Below, piece after piece: positions 61,254 through 64,000 of a DNA stretch of 64,000 nucleotides. The notes beneath the pieces are model-generated. The model was not told the DNA's origin. It saw only the letters and a program-made list of their open reading frames with translations, and searched no databases. This stretch comes from Sphyrna mokarran (Eukaryota). Numbering within the stretch: the first letter of the stretch is position 1; each line of letters opens with the position of its first letter. Made by a program: the position numbers and the translations under genes. The stretch is taken from the NCBI GenBank assembly GCA_024679065.1, contig JAGIQG010000003.1:110236001-110300000 (forward strand), given 5' to 3'.

Positions 61254-61782
61254 AAATTTTAAACACAATTTACACTTGTACTAGTATAAAACAAGGAAAA
61301 CCAGATTTTCAAATGGTGTCACCTTCATTACTTGGAATTACTAATATGACTGCTAATGAAAACATTATAAATTGAGATGAGAACTATAGACTAAAAACAC
61401 ACTCCAAACATTGCAATCGACCACATTGGGAAATATTCAACATCAAACACTGAAGGAAATTCTTCCAGTGAGAGTAGAAAAACACAAAAGCCAGGGTTAT
61501 TCATATTGTGAATTAATTGAGAATGTTAAAATCCACAACTAAACTTTCCCTGCCTACAGGTAGGAGATAAAGAATACTTTGTGCGAAAAGGATTTGTTTT
61601 GGACATCACTCCAGTTATAAAGAGCAATGTGATATACCACTCTTCCTAAAATAATTATCATTGCAACTTATTACCTCTCGCTGCATGGAGTTTGGGTGTC
61701 ATTGATAATAGTTGGCTTTTAACTGTGTTTGAATTGACAAATTTAGGTTTTTGTTTCTAACCAAGATCTCATTTCTTTGCAG

Positions 61783-61941
61783 CTTCTCATCCTAGTACAC
61801 GGGAGCACAGAACCCTGAAAGGTGAAACCCCTCTCTTTTTGGCAGTTCAGTTGAATCTAATAGATAATGTACAGTATTTACTTGTGAAAGACTGCAATCC
61901 CAATGCCAAGGATGAAGAGGGCAATTCTGCTCTAATAGTTG
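61783..61941 (+). CDS. ASB14: ASB14 coding exon (ankyrin repeats)
   Basis: SHPSTREHRTLKGETPLFLAVQLNLIDNVQYLLVKDCNPNAKDEEGNSALIV; CAG acceptor, GTGAGT donor. Confidence 0.9.
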
Positions 61942-62560
61942 GTGAGTCTCTATTTATCTGGGCTATTTATTTATCAAGGAATAAAATCTGTATCTATTTA
62001 GTTATTTTAGGTATATTGTAAATAAATACCTATTTATTGCTAATGCCTGACTTAATGTTGGTGTCATTAAAATTAAATATTTGTTCCTCCAGAGTTTTAA
62101 TATTTTTCTACTTTCTATAAAATATTATAGTTATATAGCCATATAGCTGTGGTTATATAGTTAATATAGTTATTATAAAATAACTAAAAGGAGACACAAT
62201 TGCTCCATAGAGTCTGTACTTTCATTTACTTCAGTCTTTAGTTTTGTTTTGACCTTATTTTGCACCCATCTTTCCAGTAACATTTATACCCAGGCTCATC
62301 AGCTTGACTATATTTGATATAAAAGATCCCATGACAATATTTAATGGGAAGCAGGAAGCTGTGGGAATCCTGGTGTCCCTGCAAAACAGATTATATAAAG
62401 GGTCTAAGACTTGATAAATCAAACAGAAGATTTCTGCCGACCAAGAGAAATTTTCTAAATTTATCAGGCCCAAATAACCAAGGTATTGTTAATTTTGTTT
62501 ACAAGTTGGTTGAATTCTGAATGTCACCAAGCCAATGAAACCCACCTTCTCCTTTCAAAG

Positions 62561-62806
62561 CTATAAGGAACGGAGCTCCTGATGTTACCTCGCTGCTGTT
62601 ACGCTTTGGGGCAACTGTGAATTTGGAATGCATTAATAAGAGGACAGCTCTGCACGAAGCTGCAAAATTGGGCAGGAAAGACTTAGTGGAACTACTGATA
62701 TGTGCAGGAGCCATCATAGACCCCAGAAGTGCCTTTGGACTCACTCCACTAGCTCTTGCTGCACAGAATGGATATACAGAAGTGGTGAAACTTTTACTAC
62801 AAAAAG
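62561..62806 (+). CDS. ASB14: ASB14 coding exon (ankyrin repeats); gene continues beyond window
   Basis: IRNGAPDVTSLLLRFGATVNLECINKRTALHEAAKLGRKDLV...FGLTPLALAAQNGYTEVVKLLLQK; AAG acceptor after a pyrimidine tract, GTAATA donor. Confidence 0.9.
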
Positions 62807-63481
62807 GTAATATATTGATCATATAGTTTATAACCAACGGATTAAGGAGCAATGTCTGATTATTAAAACTCAAAGCAAAGTGATGCACCATCCATTGAAG
62901 CTCAACAGAATGATGCAAGGCCGCAGTAGCTTGCTTGATCCTAGCTGAGACACAAACCTCACTTTCAGCCCATCATCAATAACTAGAACATAGGAATTGC
63001 TAGATAAGAAAAGAAGGTCCATGCAGCTAATCATCTATTGTCCTAACAGTGACATGGTACAAAATTAATGGAATAGTTGAATGATCATAGCAGCCAATCT
63101 TCATCAATTAATTTATATCAGAACCAGAGCACAGGCTGTGGAGAGTTTTGGGAACCAAAGGTGCAGATCTTCCTGTTCATCCCAAGCATTGCTGCCCTGC
63201 CCATGTCACGAAATTGCAGAATATAGAGCACAACAGGACCATAGTGCCTGTGTCAGCTCTTTGAAGATCTATCCATATGTCCCATTCATTACTTTTTCCA
63301 CTGCAATTTATTCTCCTTCAGGTATTTATTCAATTTATGGCTCAAATTACTCCTCAACTTTCTTCTAGAACGTTTTGTATAGAGAAACCTAAGTTATGTT
63401 AGAATATGTCAATTCTAATGGCTTCCACCATTTTCCTCAGGAACTGCTTCAATAGACTGACCACTCACTCACTGAAATCCT

Positions 63482-63880
63482 GGGTGGAATCTTGTGGAGA
63501 TGACAGGGGCAGGCTGGCTAGAGAGTTGACGAGACTTCCACATTATCTCCATTTGGCGAGGCCCACCACATCTTGATAGGCTGAAGGGTCTCTTTAGTTC
63601 TGTATGATTCTACCTTGTGCCACTCAGGCACTTGGCAAGCCAGCCAAGGCCTTCCCTGGGTTGCAAGTCCTGCCCACTGAGAGCTGCTGGCCAATCAGAA
63701 GCTGGTAGTTTTCCGATGTGTAGCAGTGTCACCAAGGAAGTGATGGTAGTTGCTGCTGCGGCGGCTACACTTAGTCACAGCCCTGAATGGAAAAGGGATC
63801 CAAGTATAGGCAAGTGATTGCAGGGTCATGTGGTGGGGTTCGCAGTGAGAGGGTTTGGCAGTAATGACAGGGGGGTGGTG
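63482..63880. mobile_element. Harbinger-type MITE remnant
   Basis: GGGTGGAATCTT start; gagagctgctggccaatcaga shared with the 2304 element. Confidence 0.45.
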
Positions 63881-64000
63881 GCTCTCAGTAGTAATCCAGT
63901 GGTAAGAGGAGAACTTGGACAGAACTCTTCACAATGTTGCTGTGGAATGAATTACCAGGGAGACTGTAGAAGCAGACAAGTAAAATTTGCTTTTAAAAAG

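Noticed and set aside
62113-62185. AT-rich quasi-palindrome with TATAGTTA repeats
   Set aside because: Low-complexity slippage; no evidence of function.
1-64000. CRISPR array, prokaryotic operon or defence system
   Set aside because: This is a spliced vertebrate locus; there is no regularly spaced repeat-spacer array and no prokaryote-like gene cluster.

Overview
Vertebrate genomic DNA, most likely from a shark. The HE1/V-SINE, CR1, Penelope-like and Harbinger repeat complement suggests a carcharhiniform, which is an inference. The + strand carries the last 19 coding exons of an axonemal dynein heavy chain (1-44954). They splice by canonical GT-AG junctions into 2997 nt (998 aa plus stop), ending ...[16 protein letters not shown] call it DNAH12 from the C-terminus and from synteny. 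About 9 kb downstream on the same strand are the first five coding exons of ASB14 (54289-62806), with a candidate MEF2-containing muscle promoter or non-coding first exon near 50.0-50.3 kb. Introns are filled with mostly degenerate, often nested transposons: CR1, L2, RTE, Rex1/Babar, Penelope-like, Gypsy LTR, pogo, Harbinger, Harbinger-type MITEs and HE1-type SINEs. The most unusual signal is local sequence capture. Two Harbinger-type MITEs each contain a copy of DNA lying 0.6-1.4 kb upstream, one being the 3' end of the first ASB14 coding exon, with microhomology at the junctions. A third ~100-bp local duplication brackets a CR1 with a fold-back hairpin. I found no clearly novel gene system. 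TE boundaries are approximate and read by eye, and family assignments rest on recalled motifs rather than database searches.
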